Shown here: positions 9,585-18,557 of the stretch, piece after piece | Position numbering within the stretch: position 1 is the first letter of the stretch | How the letters are laid out: each line of letters opens with the position of its first letter | Source of the DNA: Acidimicrobiia bacterium | GTDB lineage: Bacteria; Actinomycetota; Acidimicrobiia; Spongiisociales; Spongiisociaceae | Direction: 5' to 3' | Assembly (NCBI GenBank): GCA_041576165.1 | Contig: JBFGLM010000048.1 | Span: forward strand, 1-33,193 | Length of the DNA: 33,193 bases | The notes under the pieces: model-generated | What the model saw: only the letters and a program-made list of their open reading frames with translations | Databases searched by the model: none | Told to the model about the DNA's origin: nothing | Made by a program: the position numbers and the translations under genes

Positions 9585-10301
9585 TCAGGCGGCGTCGGTC
9601 TGGAGTGCGGTCAATGCGATCGTGATCATGTCATCAAACGTGCGTTCTCGTTCCTCCGCTGTGGTCTCCGCCTGCGTACGAAGGTGGTCTGACACGGTGA
9701 GGATTGCCAGGGCTCGGGCTCGCTCTGCCGCTGCGATGCCGTAGAGCCCTGCCGCCTCCATCTCAACTGCGAGCACGCCCATGCTGTCCCAGATTTCTGT
9801 CACGTTCTCGGTCGGGTTGTAGAACGAGTCGGACGAGTGCACGTTGCCCACGTGGTAGGGGCTTCCGTTCGCAGCCGCAGCATCCGCGGCTGCGCGGAGA
9901 AGTTCGAAGTCGGCGGTGGCGGAAAAGTCCCAGTTGTTGTAGCGCGCGCGGTTTGCCAGCGAGTCTGTGCTGGCACCGGTGGCGAGGACCACGTCTCGCA
10001 GGTGGACGTCGGTCGAGATCCCGCCACAGGACCCGACCCGGATCAGTCGTTTGACCCCGAAAAAGCGGATCAGCTCTGTGATATAGATGCTGGCGGAGGG
10101 TATGCCCATGCCCGTCCCCATCACGCTGACCGGCGTGCCTTCCCATGTCCCCGTAAAGCCGAGCATGTTGCGGACGTCTGTCACTTGCTTTACGTCACCT
10201 AGAAAGGTCTCGGCGATGAATTTTGCTCGGAGCGGGTCGCCCGGCAGCAGGATGGCCTCTGCGAAGTCGCCCGGTTCGGCATTGATATGGGGAGTGGCCA
10301 T
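9585..10301 (-). CDS. deoD: Purine-nucleoside phosphorylase, DeoD type
   Basis: MATPHINA...[49 protein letters not shown]. Confidence 0.96.
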   Translation of the reverse strand: MATPHINAEPGDFAEAILLPGDPLRAKFIAETFLGDVKQVTDVRNMLGFTGTWEGTPVSVMGTGMGIPSASIYITELIRFFGVKRLIRVGSCGGISTDVHLRDVVLATGASTDSLANRARYNNWDFSATADFELLRAAADAAAANGSPYHVGNVHSSDSFYNPTENVTEIWDSMGVLAVEMEAAGLYGIAAAERARALAILTVSDHLRTQAETTAEERERTFDDMITIALTALQTDAA

Positions 10302-10410
10302 GGGGATCCGTTCTGCTAGGTGCGGAGTGGACCATAGTTCGTCGCCCGAGGCTCGATGTACGGACCATGAAAGCGCGCGACACGGCCGGCTGCGCTGGCG
10401 GCGGATGACC

Positions 10411-10842
10411 TCAGTCGAGAATGTGATCTGCCGGACCGGGCGGGATGCTGCCGTCGACGGTATCGACCTCGGTCGTCACCCACGCCGGTGAAGGGTTGTC
10501 AGAAAGCAAATCTCCAGGAACCGTATCCACGAGTTCGATGCGTGCGATCTGGTTGCCAGCCGCCTCAAAGCTCATGAAGCCCACCACCACATAGCGTTCG
10601 TTCTGGTCCGGGACCCACATTGCTGCGACCGGGTCGAGCCCCAGCTCCGCCCGGGCGAGTGACAGCCACGGTGAGCGGAGGCGGAATTGTTCCAGGACCC
10701 CTACCGGGGTGTCGGCCCCCTCGACGATCCCCCGGATCTCGGCGCCGTCGGCCAGCAGCTCGTTCAATCCGTCAAAGTCGTGCGCATTGAAAGTCTCGAC
10801 GAAGGCGGTGACGAGATCTTCCGTGACGTGTTCGATGGTCAT
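10411..10842 (-). CDS. SnoaL/NTF2-like domain protein
   Basis: [26 protein letters not shown]-terminal helix pattern and C-terminal IARIEL strand. Start re-called at ATG 10842, after a GAGGA SD. Confidence 0.6.
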   Translation of the reverse strand: MTIEHVTEDLVTAFVETFNAHDFDGLNELLADGAEIRGIVEGADTPVGVLEQFRLRSPWLSLARAELGLDPVAAMWVPDQNERYVVVGFMSFEAAGNQIARIELVDTVPGDLLSDNPSPAWVTTEVDTVDGSIPPGPADHILD

Positions 10843-10904
10843 GGTCGTTGATCCTCGGCGTGTTGCGCGGACGTACCCGGGGCGGTGGTGAGGCAAACGT
10901 GGCA

Positions 10905-11093
10905 CTACTCGTTGGGGGCAATGCTCGAATCGGTCGAGTCATTCGCCGCCGGCCCCTCCGTGACATCGGTGAGTATCTGGTTGCGGGCGTCGGCCGGGAC
11001 CGTGGTCGACGGCGGGACCACATCATCCACTCCGGGTCCTGATGAGCACGCCGCCAAGGTGCCCACGAGCACTGCCACCAGGCGCCGCCTCAC
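10905..11093 (-). CDS. Small putative lipoprotein
   Basis: MRRRLVAVLVGTLAAC signal peptide and lipobox; GTGA overlap with the upstream gene's stop. Confidence 0.55.
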   Translation of the reverse strand: MRRRLVAVLVGTLAACSSGPGVDDVVPPSTTVPADARNQILTDVTEGPAANDSTDSSIAPNE

Positions 11094-11710
11094 AAGCGAG
11101 ACAGAACTGCGACAATCACGACGGCCACGATGATTGCTCCCCAGCTGAGCAGGATGCGCAGCCGCTTGCCTTTGACATTCTCCTCGTGCTCGGCGAGGAC
11201 ATCCCTGGTGCGGAGCTCGAGCTCCAGTCGTTCGACCTCAGCGGCGTCGATCTGGTCCTGCAGTCGCCGGGCGAGCGCCAGCTCCTCCTCATCGAGGTAT
11301 TGCTCGTCCACCTTGAGCAGCTCGGCTCTCGATCGGGCCGTGTCATAAAGGGCGACTGCCTCCTGCGCTCGCTGCAGGTGGCGCTTGGTTGCCACCATTC
11401 GCTGTTCCCGCCACTTGCGCGCTCCCTCGAGCTGGACCTCGCTGCCCCGGGCCAGCTCGTTGGGGAGGAGCTGCAGCAGCGCCGCCGTACGCGGGTGGCG
11501 GTCGATGGCCAGCAGGTCAATGAAACGGTTATCACGGGCCAGCCTTTGTATCTCGCTGGCAAGCAAGCGAGCCTCCTTCTCGGCCTCGGCCCGCTGTTCA
11601 GCGAGTCGGCGCCGAAGGGACGATTGTGTGGCCGCGTCCGCCGCGGCGAGCAAGGCCTCGGCCCGGCCGAAATCGAGTGCTTCAAGCGCCGCGTCGAACG
11701 TATCGCTCAC
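11090..11710 (-). CDS. Hypothetical helical protein with C-terminal TM anchor
   Basis: A/E/L/R-rich helical sequence ending in a hydrophobic segment; TACGCT 7 nt before the GTG. Confidence 0.7.
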   Translation of the reverse strand: MSDTFDAALEALDFGRAEALLAAADAATQSSLRRRLAEQRAEAEKEARLLASEIQRLARDNRFIDLLAIDRHPRTAALLQLLPNELARGSEVQLEGARKWREQRMVATKRHLQRAQEAVALYDTARSRAELLKVDEQYLDEEELALARRLQDQIDAAEVERLELELRTRDVLAEHEENVKGKRLRILLSWGAIIVAVVIVAVLSRL

Positions 11711-11751
11711 AGCGGAGAGCGTACTGCCGCCGGGGGGTATTGAGGCGGCGT

Positions 11752-12177
11752 TCAGAGGCCCTTGCGGTCGAGATCGGCGTATCTCCGTGCAACGGTCTTC
11801 AGGATCTTCAACGCCACCTTCGGTTGCGACGACATGAGTGACGAAAACTCTCGTGCATCCATCACCAGCAGGTTGGTCGGAGCCGTCGTAACCACCGTCG
11901 CGTTACGAGGCAGGTGCTCGAGAATCGACATTTCGCCGACAATGCTGCCGGCCCCGATGTCGGCTACCTTCCGGCCGTTGCGCCGGACGACGGCTCCTCC
12001 GTCCAGCAGGACCATCGCCTCTCGGCCCACCTCACCCTGAGAGGCGATGGTGTGCCCGCCCTCGACGCTGGTTTCGGTGGTGAGGGAGGCAACGGCCTCG
12101 AGCTCCTTCTTCGAAAGATCGGCGAACAGCGGCACCGCTGCCAAGGCCTTTAGCTTGTCGGATTTACGTATCCGCAC
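11752..12177 (-). CDS. Stand-alone cyclic nucleotide-binding domain protein
   Basis: VPLFADLS, QGEVG and the phosphate-binding cassette GEMSILEHLPRNATV; no HTH; GGAGG SD. Confidence 0.88.
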   Translation of the reverse strand: MRIRKSDKLKALAAVPLFADLSKKELEAVASLTTETSVEGGHTIASQGEVGREAMVLLDGGAVVRRNGRKVADIGAGSIVGEMSILEHLPRNATVVTTAPTNLLVMDAREFSSLMSSQPKVALKILKTVARRYADLDRKGL

Positions 12178-12281
12178 TATCGAGCCTCCATCGACGTCAG
12201 AACGATCCTATCCGGCGCCGGATCTCCGAGGCGCCCCCGGCATGTTTCCGCGCAGGGTCGGTGCCATCATGTGGCCAACTC

Positions 12282-13277
12282 ATGACCCGAGCGCAGCGCC
12301 TGTGGATTGGACTCTGGATGGTGACCGGCACGATCGTGCTCGGAACCGTCGGTTATGTACTCGTGGAGGGTCAGGATCTGCTCGGCGGTTTGTATCTGAC
12401 GATGATCGCCGTCTCTACCGCCGGTTTCGCCGAGCCGGAAGGCGGCTTCAGCCGAGCCGGACAGGTGCTCACTATCGGACTGCTTTTCGTCGGTGTCGGG
12501 TCGGTGTTCTACACCGGCGCCGTCGCCCTGGAAGTGATTGTGGAGGATGTGCTGGGTGGTGCGGGCCGCCGGCGCCGTGAGCGGAGAAAGGTCGACCGGA
12601 TGCAGGATCATTACATCGTCTGTGGCTTCGGGCAGGTTGGTCGGGACGTGTGGACCCAGTTGCCAAACGACCGGACCATCGTGGTCGAGAATAACGAAGA
12701 TGCTGTCGAGGTCGCCCAGGCCGGCGGAGCTACGGTCGTTCACGGAGACGCCACTCACGACGATGTGCTGGAGGCGGCCGGCATCCATCGAGCCGAAGCG
12801 CTGATCGCCTGCGTCAAATCCGATTCCGACAATGTCGCGATCGTGCTGTCGGCCCGATCGTTGTGCCCTGAGCTGCGGATCATTGCTCGGGCGACCGAGG
12901 CCGGATCAGGTCGCAAACTCGAGCTGGCCGGGGCCGACCGTGTCGTCGCCCCCCAGGTGGTCGGAGCCGAGCGGCTCGCCGCGCTCGCGCTGCGACCAGA
13001 CCTCACCGAGTTTGTTGACATTGCCACCGGACAGGCGCTGGTGGAGTTTCGTATCGAGGAGATCCAGGTTCCGCTCAACTCACCCCTGGTCGGCCGATCG
13101 ATCCAGACCAGCGGCATTCGCGACCAGAGCGGTGTTCTGGTGCTGGCGATCAAACAACCTGCCGGACAGGTGCTCGTCAGCCCGCCGGCCGACTTCGACA
13201 TAACCGGCGGCCAAACGCTCGTTTGTATCGGCACTCAGGAACAACTCCGAGAAGCGATCGCTTACATCGCACCTTGA
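12282..13277 (+). CDS. Two-TM potassium channel family protein with TrkA-N (RCK) and TrkA-C domains
   Basis: TM1, pore region (LYLTMIAVSTAGFAE) and TM2, then RCK motifs HYIVCGFGQVG and GDAT...AGI..A, LAGADRVV, and a C-terminal TrkA-C. Start re-called at ATG 12282. Confidence 0.88.
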   Translation: MTRAQRLWIGLWMVTGTIVLGTVGYVLVEGQDLLGGLYLTMIAVSTAGFAEPEGGFSRAGQVLTIGLLFVGVGSVFYTGAVALEVIVEDVLGGAGRRRRERRKVDRMQDHYIVCGFGQVGRDVWTQLPNDRTIVVENNEDAVEVAQAGGATVVHGDATHDDVLEAAGIHRAEALIACVKSDSDNVAIVLSARSLCPELRIIARATEAGSGRKLELAGADRVVAPQVVGAERLAALALRPDLTEFVDIATGQALVEFRIEEIQVPLNSPLVGRSIQTSGIRDQSGVLVLAIKQPAGQVLVSPPADFDITGGQTLVCIGTQEQLREAIAYIAP

Positions 13278-13303
13278 GTGAGGGCGGTGTGCTGCCGTGC
13301 CCG

Positions 13304-13843
13304 TCACGCATCCTGGGCAAGCAGCAGAATCGCCATCACGCTCATGGAGTCGGTGATGTCACCGCAGCGCACCATGTCGACGCATCGGCGGAACGGGACG
13401 CGGCGAACCTCCAGCACCTCGGTCGGGTCGGGATTGGGGACAGTTTCGGTGAGGCCGGTCGCGAGGTACAGGTAGGCCACCTCGGAGGTGATGCAGTTGG
13501 ACAGGTGGAGCTCACCAGCGAGCGGCCGCCAATCGGCCGCCATGAGCCCTGCTTCCTCTTCCAGTTCGCGCTTTGCAATCTCCAACGGATCGTCGTATCG
13601 GGGTCCGCCGCCTTCGACGATCTCCCACGAGTACTGCTGGATCGGATACCGATACTGCCCGACCAGGTACACCTCATCGTCGGGAGTCATGGCCACCACG
13701 CCGGTGGCGATTCGGGTGTCCACGACGCCGTAGATACCGGGCGTCCCATCAGGCCGCAGCACTTGGTCCTCGCGCACCGAGATCCATGGGTTCTCGTAAA
13801 CCCGGCGAGTGGAAATCGTTGTCCATGGATTGTCGCTAGCCAT
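13304..13843 (-). CDS. Nudix hydrolase (ADP-ribose pyrophosphatase-like)
   Basis: Nudix box ...GG...AKRELEEEAGL, with VYENPWISVRED and LVGQYRYP. Confidence 0.9.
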   Translation of the reverse strand: MASDNPWTTISTRRVYENPWISVREDQVLRPDGTPGIYGVVDTRIATGVVAMTPDDEVYLVGQYRYPIQQYSWEIVEGGGPRYDDPLEIAKRELEEEAGLMAADWRPLAGELHLSNCITSEVAYLYLATGLTETVPNPDPTEVLEVRRVPFRRCVDMVRCGDITDSMSVMAILLLAQDA

Positions 13844-13895
13844 CTCATTCCTTCCCTGGCAACGGCAGACCGGGTCTCCGGCCGACGGCGCTCTC

Positions 13896-15428
13896 TCAGT
13901 GCAACGGGCCCGTGGCGGACTCTGCGGCTTCGATCACTGTCCCGGCTGTGATCATCTCTGTTGCCGTGGCCAGCTCCGGTGCCAGCTGGCGGTCACGTGT
14001 GAGGCTCGGGATTCGCTCACGAACAGCAGCCAGTACCGCAGCCGACGCCGGGCCCGGTCCGAGCGGTGTCCGCAGCTCGAGCGCCTGGCAGGCTGCCACC
14101 AGCTCGACGGCGAGGATGCGAGCGAGGTTGGCAGCTGCCAGCCGCAACTTGCGTGCCGCCGCCCAGCCCATCGATACATGGTCCTCTTGCATGGCAGAGG
14201 TCGGCATCGAGTCGACGCTGGCCGGCGCCGCCAGGCGGCGGTTCTCTGCCACCATCGATACCGCCGTGTAGTGGGCAATCATCAGCCCTGACGAAACACC
14301 GGGATCGTGGGTGAGGAACGGCGGGAGCCCGTGGGAACGGGCCGGGTCCAGCATTCTATCGGTGCGTCGCTCAGAAATCGCGCCCAACTCTGCGACTGCG
14401 ATTGCGAGGAAATCGCAGGCGAACGCCACCGGCGCCCCATGGAAATTTCCGCACGACTCGATTGTTCCAGTCGGAGTCACGACCGGATTGTCGATCGCGG
14501 CCGCCAGTTCGTGGTCGGCTACCACCCGGGCGTGGACGATCGTGTCACGGGCTGCGCCGTGCACCTGGGGGGTGCAACGGAGTGAGTACGCATCCTGCAC
14601 TCGGGGATCGCCATCTCGGTGCGAGGCCACAATCGCGGATCCGGCCATGACGGCCGTGAGGTTGGCGGCGCTGTCCGCCTGGCCGGGATGCGGCCGCATT
14701 CGCACCAGATCCTCCCGGAATGCCTGGTCGGTGCCGAGCAACCCTTCGACGGTCATGGCGGCAACGACGTCGGCGGTTCGGACCAGCGTGATCAGGTCGC
14801 TCAGCGACAGCACCAGCATGCCGAGGATGCCGTCGGTGCCGTTGATGAGCGCAAGCCCTTCCTTCTCGAGCAGTTCGAGAGGCTCGATGCCTGCGTCTCG
14901 TAGCGCCTCGGCGGCCGGCTGCGCCCGGTCGTCGACCATCACCGAACCCTCGCCCATCAAAGCAAGGCCCACGTGCGCGAGCGGGGCGAGGTCACCGGAT
15001 GCACCGAGGCTGCCGTACTCGGGCACCATGGGTGTGATCCCCGCGTTCAGCAGATCCAGGATGCGCTCGGCTACATCCGGCCTTGCTCCCGAGAATCCCA
15101 TCGCGAGGGATCGAGCCCGCAACGCCATCATCGCCCGCACCACCTCCGCTTCGACCGGAGGACCCATCCCGGCAGCGTGGGAACGGATCAGCGAGACTTG
15201 CAGCTCGCGCCGGCGGTCCTGGGGGATGTAGGTGGTGGCCAGCGCACCGAAACCAGTCGAAACGCCGTAGGCCGGGCGTTGGGTCGCGGCGAGCTCCTCG
15301 ACGATGGCCCGCGATCTGCGCATGGCGCCACGAGCTTCCGGGCCGAGCGAGACCTTCGCTCCCCGCCGCGCCACCGCGATGACGTCTTCCCGCGTGATCC
15401 CGGTTGCTTGCAGCGTGATGTCTGTCAT
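13896..15428 (-). CDS. hutH: Histidine ammonia-lyase
   Basis: MIO-forming GASGDLAPL, YGVSTGFG, LIRSHAAG, KEGLALING, QDAYSLRC, QEDHVSMG. Confidence 0.97.
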   Translation of the reverse strand: MTDITLQATGITREDVIAVARRGAKVSLGPEARGAMRRSRAIVEELAATQRPAYGVSTGFGALATTYIPQDRRRELQVSLIRSHAAGMGPPVEAEVVRAMMALRARSLAMGFSGARPDVAERILDLLNAGITPMVPEYGSLGASGDLAPLAHVGLALMGEGSVMVDDRAQPAAEALRDAGIEPLELLEKEGLALINGTDGILGMLVLSLSDLITLVRTADVVAAMTVEGLLGTDQAFREDLVRMRPHPGQADSAANLTAVMAGSAIVASHRDGDPRVQDAYSLRCTPQVHGAARDTIVHARVVADHELAAAIDNPVVTPTGTIESCGNFHGAPVAFACDFLAIAVAELGAISERRTDRMLDPARSHGLPPFLTHDPGVSSGLMIAHYTAVSMVAENRRLAAPASVDSMPTSAMQEDHVSMGWAAARKLRLAAANLARILAVELVAACQALELRTPLGPGPASAAVLAAVRERIPSLTRDRQLAPELATATEMITAGTVIEAAESATGPLH

Positions 15429-16009
15429 TCGGTTCTTTCGGCCGGTTCGGTCGCAGCAATGACCGGTTCGATTCGCCGAAGGTACTCGTCATGCTGGTAC
15501 GTCATGAAGTTTTCCCAGGTCGCCATTGTTGTCGGATCGTGCATGCGGTCGACGATCAGCTTGCCGGCGAGGTGATCGAGTTCGTGCTGCACGGTGCCGG
15601 CGCTCAGACCGCGATACACCTGGGTGAAGGGTTCTCCGTGCCGGTCCCTGGCCGACACCCGAACGTGCATGAACCGGTGGAGGTCGCCCCGGATCGGGAC
15701 GCTCAGGCAGCCCTCGTTGTTGAGGAACGTCACACCATCGATCGCTTCGATCTCGGGGTTGACGAGCACGGTCAAGGGGATGGGGGGCTTATACGGGTAG
15801 CGGCGGTTGCGGACGACTTCGAGGATGCAGATGCGCAGATTGACGCCGACCTGGTTGGCGGCGATGCCGGCACCGTCGGCATCGCGCATGGTGTCGATCA
15901 TGTCGTCGATGAGTTGCTGCACGGCCGGCGAGGCGAGATCGTCTTCGGCAATATCTGCGCCGACCGTCCGCAGCACCGGGTCACCGATCTGAGAAATCGT
16001 CCGGATCAT
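15425..16009 (-). CDS. def: Peptide deformylase homologue embedded in the hut operon
   Basis: All three PDF motifs are present: GAGIAANQ, EGCLS and QHELDH. ATGA overlaps with both hutI and hutH. Confidence 0.92.
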   Translation of the reverse strand: MIRTISQIGDPVLRTVGADIAEDDLASPAVQQLIDDMIDTMRDADGAGIAANQVGVNLRICILEVVRNRRYPYKPPIPLTVLVNPEIEAIDGVTFLNNEGCLSVPIRGDLHRFMHVRVSARDRHGEPFTQVYRGLSAGTVQHELDHLAGKLIVDRMHDPTTMATWENFMTYQHDEYLRRIEPVIAATEPAERTE

Positions 16010-17223
16010 TCGTCACCCCGCTCGTACACTCGCCGGCCACCCAACCAAACCTCGCGGCAGAGCGGACGGCCCAGCCAGTAGGAGAGGGCAGCGGGGTCGT
16101 CCGTGTCCCACACCGCCAGGTCGGCTCGTTTCCCGACGTCGATGATGCCGGTATCGGTCAAGCCCAGGGCGGCGGCCGCGTGGCGGGTGGCGCCGGCGAG
16201 TGCCTCGGTCGGAGTGAGCCGGAAGCGGGCCGCGGCCAGCCACATCGCCGTTGGAAGGGACCCCACCGGTGACGTCCCGGGGTTCAGATCAGTCGAAACG
16301 GCGATCGGCACGCCGGAACGGCGCATCTCCTCGATCGGGGGGAGATGAGGTTCGTTGAGGAATGTCGAAGCCCCCGGGATGACAACCGCCACCGTACCGG
16401 CTGCAGCCAATGCTTCTACTCCCGCCGCAGAAGTGTGTTCCAGATGGTCAGCCGACAGAGCCCGGTACTCTGCAGCAAGGGCCGCGCCGCCCTGGTCGGA
16501 CAGCTGGTCGGCGTGGAGCCTCACCGGCACAGCCGCGGCTTTGGCCGCCTCGAACACACGCCGGATCTGGTCCCGGTTGAACGCAATACGCTCCAGGAAC
16601 CCGTCGACCGAGTCGGCCAACTGCTCCTCGACCGCTCGCGGGATGATCTCGCGGCACACGATGTCGATATACCGGTCGGGATCGCCGGCATGTTCCGGTG
16701 GGATGGCATGCGCCGCCAGGAGGGAGGTAACCACGCGTACCGGGAGCGCGTCGGCCAGGCGGCGGGCCACCCGCAGCATCTCCAGCTCATGATCGGTCGT
16801 CAGTCCGTAGCCCGACTTGATCTCCACCGTCCCCACCCCGCTCGCCAGCAGGTCGCGCACCCGCAAAGCGGCCGAGTCGAACAATTCACGGGCTGATGCC
16901 TCCCGGGTCGCCCGCACGGTCGAGACGATGCCTCCACCGGCCCGGGCGATCTCTTCGTAGCTGGCGCCTTGCAAGCGCCGTTCGAATTCGCGCACCCGGT
17001 TTCCGCCGAACACGAGGTGCGTGTGACAGTCGATCAGCGCCGGGGTGATCAGCGCACCGGCGCGATCCACCACGTCGGTGGCGTTGACGTTTTCGGGAGG
17101 TCCGATGTGGACTATGGAGCCCTCCCGAATTCCGACGGCAGCTCCCTCCACCAGCCCATACGGGCTGGCACCTTCGCGCATGGTGGCTACCCGGGCGCCG
17201 GTGATGGCAAGGTCGACGTTCAT
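16006..17223 (-). CDS. hutI: Imidazolonepropionase
   Basis: DCHTHLVFGG, EIARAGGGIVSTV, EIKSGYGL, HADQLS, SADHLE, STDLNPGTSP. Start re-called at ATG 17223 (ATGA overlap with hutF). Confidence 0.96.
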   Translation of the reverse strand: MNVDLAITGARVATMREGASPYGLVEGAAVGIREGSIVHIGPPENVNATDVVDRAGALITPALIDCHTHLVFGGNRVREFERRLQGASYEEIARAGGGIVSTVRATREASARELFDSAALRVRDLLASGVGTVEIKSGYGLTTDHELEMLRVARRLADALPVRVVTSLLAAHAIPPEHAGDPDRYIDIVCREIIPRAVEEQLADSVDGFLERIAFNRDQIRRVFEAAKAAAVPVRLHADQLSDQGGAALAAEYRALSADHLEHTSAAGVEALAAAGTVAVVIPGASTFLNEPHLPPIEEMRRSGVPIAVSTDLNPGTSPVGSLPTAMWLAAARFRLTPTEALAGATRHAAAALGLTDTGIIDVGKRADLAVWDTDDPAALSYWLGRPLCREVWLGGRRVYERGDE

Positions 17224-18554
17224 GACGTGACCGCTTGGATGGCTGCCCGCAACCCGGTCGGGCTGTGACCGGACACGTTGTGGCCGTCTCGCACGACGGC
17301 GCGCCCACCTACCACCACGTCGGTCACGCACCCGGCGCCGGCCCCGAAGAGGACCCCGGCGATTCCGTCGGCCGGATCGAATCCGACCACCCCTCCAAGA
17401 TCAACACTGATGAAGTCCGCCGGGCTTCCTGGCGCCAGCGGGTCATGGTCGCCCCAACCGAGGGCCTTCAGGCCGTTCATCGTTCCCATGGACATGAGCG
17501 CCTCGGGAGCATGGATGCCCCGCCGACCGAGCCGGAGCCGGTCGTTGAGCTCCACGGCCCGAGTCTCGTCGAAGGGGTCCACCACCGCGTGGCTGTCACA
17601 CCCGATGCTGAGTTGCACCCCGGCGGCGCGCAATTCGGCGGCCGGTCCGATCCCGTCACCGAGATCCCGTTCGGTGGTCGGGCAGAGACAGACGCCGGTG
17701 CCTGAGCCCGCGTACAGCTCAATATCACCCTCGAGCAGGTGCGTGGCATGCACGGCCACGGCGTGGGGACCCAATACCCCGGTGTCGGCCAGCAGGCGGG
17801 TCGGGCTGACCCCGTGTTGGGCGAGACAGGCATCGTTCTCAGCCGGCTGTTCGGAAACGTGCACGTGCACCGGCGCCTCCAGCTCGGCGGCGACTTTGGC
17901 AACCGTCGGCAGGTCGGTGGCGGCAACCGCACGAACGCTGTGGGCCGCCACGCCGATCCGGGTGAGGGGCCGGTCCGCAGCAGCATTGCGGAGGTCGCGC
18001 ACCCGGTTCGCCCACCGGCCGATGGAGCCGTCCGAAAACCGCAGCTGCTGCGGATTCGGAGGCGCCCCGTCAACCCCGGCAGTCAGGTAGCAAGTGTCCA
18101 AGAGCGTCAGTCGGATTCCTGCTGCCGCGGCCGCTTCGAGTACGGCCCGACCCATCGCATTGGAGGCCTCGTAAGGGTCACCGTTCGTCTGATGATGGAC
18201 GTAGTGGAACTCGCCGACGGTCGTGAATCCCTGCCGCAACATCTCTGCGTAGACCTCGGAAGCCAGCCGGCGGTAAGAGGCCGGCGCAAGCCGCCCGGCC
18301 ACTGCATACATGAGTGCGCGCCACGCCCAGAAGTCGCCCCGCCCGGAGTGGGTCTTGCCGCGCATCGCCCGGTGGAAGGCATGCGAGTGAGCGCTCACGA
18401 ATCCGGGCAACAAGATGCCGGGAAAGCGCGATGCACCGGTGCCACCGGCGCCCGCCTGCGCGTCGGTGATGATTCCATCGGCGACCTCCAGCCCAACATC
18501 CGCTACCAGGCTCGGCCCACCCAGCCACCCGAGCGGTGCGTGCCAGCGAGCCAT
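17220..18554 (-). CDS. hutF: Formimidoylglutamate deiminase
   Basis: HSHAFHRAMRG, DFWAWR..MY, EFHYVHH, AAHSVRAV, HVHVSEQ, VHATHL, CPTTERDLGDG. Confidence 0.94.
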   Translation of the reverse strand: MARWHAPLGWLGGPSLVADVGLEVADGIITDAQAGAGGTGASRFPGILLPGFVSAHSHAFHRAMRGKTHSGRGDFWAWRALMYAVAGRLAPASYRRLASEVYAEMLRQGFTTVGEFHYVHHQTNGDPYEASNAMGRAVLEAAAAAGIRLTLLDTCYLTAGVDGAPPNPQQLRFSDGSIGRWANRVRDLRNAAADRPLTRIGVAAHSVRAVAATDLPTVAKVAAELEAPVHVHVSEQPAENDACLAQHGVSPTRLLADTGVLGPHAVAVHATHLLEGDIELYAGSGTGVCLCPTTERDLGDGIGPAAELRAAGVQLSIGCDSHAVVDPFDETRAVELNDRLRLGRRGIHAPEALMSMGTMNGLKALGWGDHDPLAPGSPADFISVDLGGVVGFDPADGIAGVLFGAGAGCVTDVVVGGRAVVRDGHNVSGHSPTGLRAAIQAVTS

Positions 18555-18557
18555 CGC

